From a virus: DNA of 42,086 nucleotides. The notes under the pieces are model-generated. The model searched no databases. It had not been told where the DNA came from and was given only the letters and a program-made list of their open reading frames with translations. The stretch is taken from the IMG/VR virus record IMGVR_UViG_3300010396_000028, positions 1-42,086 of that record; one strand, written 5' to 3'. Positions 39,087 to 42,086 of the stretch are shown here, one piece after another; within the stretch, counting starts at the first letter, position 1; every line of letters begins with the position of its first letter. A program made the position numbers and the translations under genes.

Positions 39087-39875
39087 TTACGTCCGAAATT
39101 TGTTTATGAGAGCCGCTGTGGGGCTCACTATGGCTGGCTTCTTCTGCTCGCGTATCCTGCGGGACACTTCGTCCAGCATAGGCTTCACAATGCCTGCATA
39201 TGCATCCACGCTTTTCTTGGCGTAGGACATCGCGTAATTGTTCATCTCCAGCAGGCACACGCTCTTGTAGTGGCGACACACCTTGCTGTAATCGACATAA
39301 AACTGGTAGCCGAGGTCAATGACCTTGTGGCAGAACGACAAATCCTCGCCGGCAGTCATGTTGCGCGTCTCGCTGTCAAACTCGAAAGCGAAGTAGGGCT
39401 TTTCAAGCTCTTCAAGAAGCTTGCGCTTGATAAATAAGCAACCTGTGGCCAAACCATCGATGTAGTCGGTTCCTTTGGCAGGAACATCGGCTGCCGCAAG
39501 GCCGCCGTTCTTTCCTTTGCCTTTGTACGCAGTGAACTGTATTTGTGGCTGGTCGTGGCCGGGTGGGGTAATGAATATAGGGTAAGGGGCGCCAGCCACT
39601 ATCCACTTTTCGTGGTCAAGCACGAGATCGAAAATGTCAGGAGGAGGCACCACGTCGCTGTCCAGGAAAAACAAAATGTCTGCTTCGCTCTTCAAGAAAT
39701 TTTCAACGTGCATGTTTCTTGCGAAATCATGAAACACACGGCGCACGCACATCTCAGGCCAAATAAATTCGATCTTGTCAGCGTACAGCTTCTCAGCATC
39801 GCGCCAGAACCACACCTGGGCATCGGCGATGGTGCCCATGGTAGGAACAGCTACATAAACTTTTATTTTATTCAT
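39087..39875 (-). CDS. GT-A fold glycosyltransferase (GT2-like)
   Basis: 262 aa. VYVAVPTMG first strand, DxD motif FFLDSDVV, and GEDLSFC. ATGA overlap with the portal stop. Confidence 0.75.
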   Translation of the reverse strand: MNKIKVYVAVPTMGTIADAQVWFWRDAEKLYADKIEFIWPEMCVRRVFHDFARNMHVENFLKSEADILFFLDSDVVPPPDIFDLVLDHEKWIVAGAPYPIFITPPGHDQPQIQFTAYKGKGKNGGLAAADVPAKGTDYIDGLATGCLFIKRKLLEELEKPYFAFEFDSETRNMTAGEDLSFCHKVIDLGYQFYVDYSKVCRHYKSVCLLEMNNYAMSYAKKSVDAYAGIVKPMLDEVSRRIREQKKPAIVSPTAALINKFRT

Positions 39876-42085
39876 GCAGCACCTGGACCGCGCATGGCAC
39901 CGCTGCCCTTAATTTGACCTGGCACGAGCGCATCGCCAAAAATAGCATCCTTCAAGTTCTGCCCAACACCATTGCCGGCTTTGTGATGCTTATTCACAGG
40001 AGCATTGGGGCCGGGAGGAGGCGGGGCAGGCTGCTGGCCGGCCATCGCGGCTTGCATGGCCTGCTGCTGCTGTTGCATGGCCTGCATTTGCTCGTGCTGC
40101 TGAATGTGAGCGAACACGGCCTGCTGCACAGGAAGAGGCAATGCCATGAAGCGCGGCTCTTTCGTCATGTTGCCATGTACGGTAATATGTACACCGTGAT
40201 TGTCGGTGTCGAGCACGACAGGTTTGGTGTCGGGCGATTGATTCACCTCGCGCAACAAATCGTTTTCCCACTCAGCACGCCGCGTGTCTGGTCCGACATC
40301 GCTGTCATATCCGCTAATACCGAGGTCTTGTAAGAACTGAATGCGGTTGGCTGGCTGGTCTAGCTGGAGAGCGCCAGTGTTGGCCACTTCTAGCTTTAGT
40401 GCCTGTTCGGCTGCTTGTAGCTTAGGCACGTTGCTGCCTGCCTCAATGATGACATTGCAATTGTCATAGAGGTCTTCGCCGATAAAGTTTTCAATTTCCT
40501 GCTCGGACAGCTCTTGGTTTTTCATCATGAGCATGCGGATAAAGTCTGGGCGGGGCTCTTTATATTTCGTAGCGATGAGACGCAGCTGCTTCTTCTGGCT
40601 GCACTCCACAAACCTCTTCCAACGGTCCAGTACTGGAAAAAGTTTCCCCGTGCCTACTTCGTAAAGCATGCTCAGCGCCGAGGCGGCTGTGACTCCCGGA
40701 GGTCTATCGCCCTTTAAAATATCCATAGCGCCCGTGACGCTTTTGAAATCCTCTAAAGTCTTCTCGCGCTCTATGAAAACGCTTTCGTGCACGCCTGTGG
40801 GCTGTATAGTTTCGGGCTTAGCGCCGCCAGCACCGTCAGCACGATAAAACTGTTCATGGCCGGGGCGTCCCGTCCAGCTGCCGGGCTCTACACCGATACC
40901 GAGCGGAATGAGACGCTGTGGAATGGCCATCGTCTTGCGAGTGAGGATGACAGTGGCATCAATGCTATTTAGCTTCTTCTGAATTTCAGCGCCGTCGTCT
41001 AGCGGCCCTTTGGCCCAGAAACGACCAGGCACTATTTCCCAGCGGCACTCAGAATAAGGGTGCCAATCGCCGAGGTCGGGGCCTTCGCAGGGGCTATCGC
41101 CCACGTAAAGCGGTATACCATTGGCCACAACAACCATGCGCCCTTTGGGGTGCTTCTGTGTGGGGCGTTCGTAGTATTCTTTTACCACTGCGGTGTTGGC
41201 AAGGCTCGGGTCGGCAGACGTGCCACCCGTATCGGGCGCGAAGCCGTTTTTAACGCCGCTAGAGGTCTTGAGCTGGAAGAATCTGCGCAGGCTGTTGTTG
41301 AGGGGGGTTTCAGCCTTCACCTCGTCAGCGCGGCCAGTGTAGCCTACAGAATTGGGGTCATTCTGTGGTTGCGCGTAAACAGTTTGAATCCAATCAAGCT
41401 GCTGTATGCTGTATTCCATCACCCAGCGCGTCTTCTGTAGAGATACAGCAAGAGGGTCAAGGGCAATGCGGTAGGGTTCAATAATATCAGAGTTGACATC
41501 GCCGAGCGGTAAGACATCCACCACAGGCTGTCCAAACTCATCAAGCACAGGCACTTCTTGTTGCCCTGTCACAGCGCCCGTTTGAGGGTCAAAGGTGGGC
41601 TGAATTTGCGTGCGAGGCACCTTTACCTGGCTCACATAAGACTTGTCCCAGTAGTCTTTCTTGAACACGTTGCCGTAGGTAACGAGAACAGATGCTGCGT
41701 ATTCGAAGTTTTCTTCTTCGGCCAGGCGCTCATAATTCGTTTCACTAACAAGCGTGGAAAGCTTGGCGGCGGTCTTGTCCCGGTACATCATCGTATTGGG
41801 TCGAACAGTGACGCGTGGCTTGTTCTTGAGCAGGTAGCCCTTGAGCGTCTGATAGGCGTCGAACATAATGTTCGTGACGGGGCGTGGAATGTATTCGTTC
41901 TCTTTAGAAACGCGCAACGTCTTCCACATGCCGCCTGATGTGTTGTTCTCTTCCCACACGAGCCATTGCTGCCCATCCAGGAACATTTGATTGCGTTCCC
42001 AGTTACGACCAAGCTGTGTTTTCACCACAGAATCGTTGCGGTAGAACTTTTCAATATAGGACGCAAGCTGATCCGGATCTTCCAC
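39872..42085 (-). CDS. Portal protein (C-terminal 697 codons from 41963; 41964-42085 duplicates bases 1-122; true start at 173 across the junction)
   Basis: Large ORF between terL and the scaffold and capsid genes. The collapsed full length is 754 aa. Gln/Pro-rich C-terminal tail. Confidence 0.75.
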   Translation of the reverse strand: MEDPDQLASYIEKFYRNDSVVKTQLGRNWERNQMFLDGQQWLVWEENNTSGGMWKTLRVSKENEYIPRPVTNIMFDAYQTLKGYLLKNKPRVTVRPNTMMYRDKTAAKLSTLVSETNYERLAEEENFEYAASVLVTYGNVFKKDYWDKSYVSQVKVPRTQIQPTFDPQTGAVTGQQEVPVLDEFGQPVVDVLPLGDVNSDIIEPYRIALDPLAVSLQKTRWVMEYSIQQLDWIQTVYAQPQNDPNSVGYTGRADEVKAETPLNNSLRRFFQLKTSSGVKNGFAPDTGGTSADPSLANTAVVKEYYERPTQKHPKGRMVVVANGIPLYVGDSPCEGPDLGDWHPYSECRWEIVPGRFWAKGPLDDGAEIQKKLNSIDATVILTRKTMAIPQRLIPLGIGVEPGSWTGRPGHEQFYRADGAGGAKPETIQPTGVHESVFIEREKTLEDFKSVTGAMDILKGDRPPGVTAASALSMLYEVGTGKLFPVLDRWKRFVECSQKKQLRLIATKYKEPRPDFIRMLMMKNQELSEQEIENFIGEDLYDNCNVIIEAGSNVPKLQAAEQALKLEVANTGALQLDQPANRIQFLQDLGISGYDSDVGPDTRRAEWENDLLREVNQSPDTKPVVLDTDNHGVHITVHGNMTKEPRFMALPLPVQQAVFAHIQQHEQMQAMQQQQQAMQAAMAGQQPAPPPPGPNAPVNKHHKAGNGVGQNLKDAIFGDALVPGQIKGSGAMRGPGAA

Positions 42086-42086
42086 C
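41964..42086. repeat. Terminal duplicate of bases 1..123
   Basis: Exact identity checked base by base. Confidence 0.95.

Noticed and set aside
1-42086. T7-like single-subunit RNA polymerase, tRNA genes, self-splicing introns or inteins, and hammerhead-type ribozyme cores.
   Set aside because: No ORF of suitable size or motif exists for an RNAP. I found no cloverleaf-compatible GTTCGAATC-type T-arm or CUGAUGA...GAAA core by eye. The polymerase, terminase and helicase genes are uninterrupted. A tRNAscan/Infernal run would be the decisive check.

Overview
This window is a complete, circularly closed phage genome. Bases 1-123 are repeated exactly at 41964-42086, so the unique length is 41,963 bp, and the junction splits the portal gene. 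By gene content it is a temperate, short-tailed (podovirus-like) dsDNA phage. The host is probably Gram-negative, judging from a lipobox lipoprotein, spanin-like lysis genes, TTGACA/TATACT promoters and GGAGG ribosome-binding sites.

Two divergent arms leave a ~1.25-kb ORF-poor control region (2496-3745).
- Plus-strand early/middle arm (3617-24572): small accessory genes, XRE and RHH regulators, a GT-B glycosyltransferase, a tyrosine integrase, a recombination module (Cas4-like PD-(D/E)XK nuclease, HNH, Rad52-like annealase), family A DNA polymerase, an SLT transglycosylase, DnaB-like helicase, a DUF5664/MazZ-like NTP pyrophosphatase, CHC2-TOPRIM primase, a sigma-region-4-like regulator, a DEDD exonuclease and a lysis cassette.
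- Minus-strand late arm (2495 down to 1, then 41963 down to 24565): TerL, portal, a GT-A glycosyltransferase, scaffold, major capsid, tail proteins, Gly-rich fibres and internal virion proteins. A small late island lies at 12016-12887.

I saw no phage RNA polymerase, tRNA, CRISPR array or reverse transcriptase.

Most notable observations:
1. Two tandem, translationally coupled genes encode strict (Gly-X)n dipeptide-repeat proteins with identical heads and tails (13714-14171).
2. A 17-nt motif is perfectly conserved three times upstream of late genes, and the phage also encodes a sigma-region-4-like protein.
3. The control region is rich in iterons and palindromes.
4. The lysis cassette's only enzyme is a membrane-anchored S1 serine protease.
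5. A glycosyltransferase sits between the portal and scaffold genes.

All family assignments come from motif recognition by eye. No database search was run.
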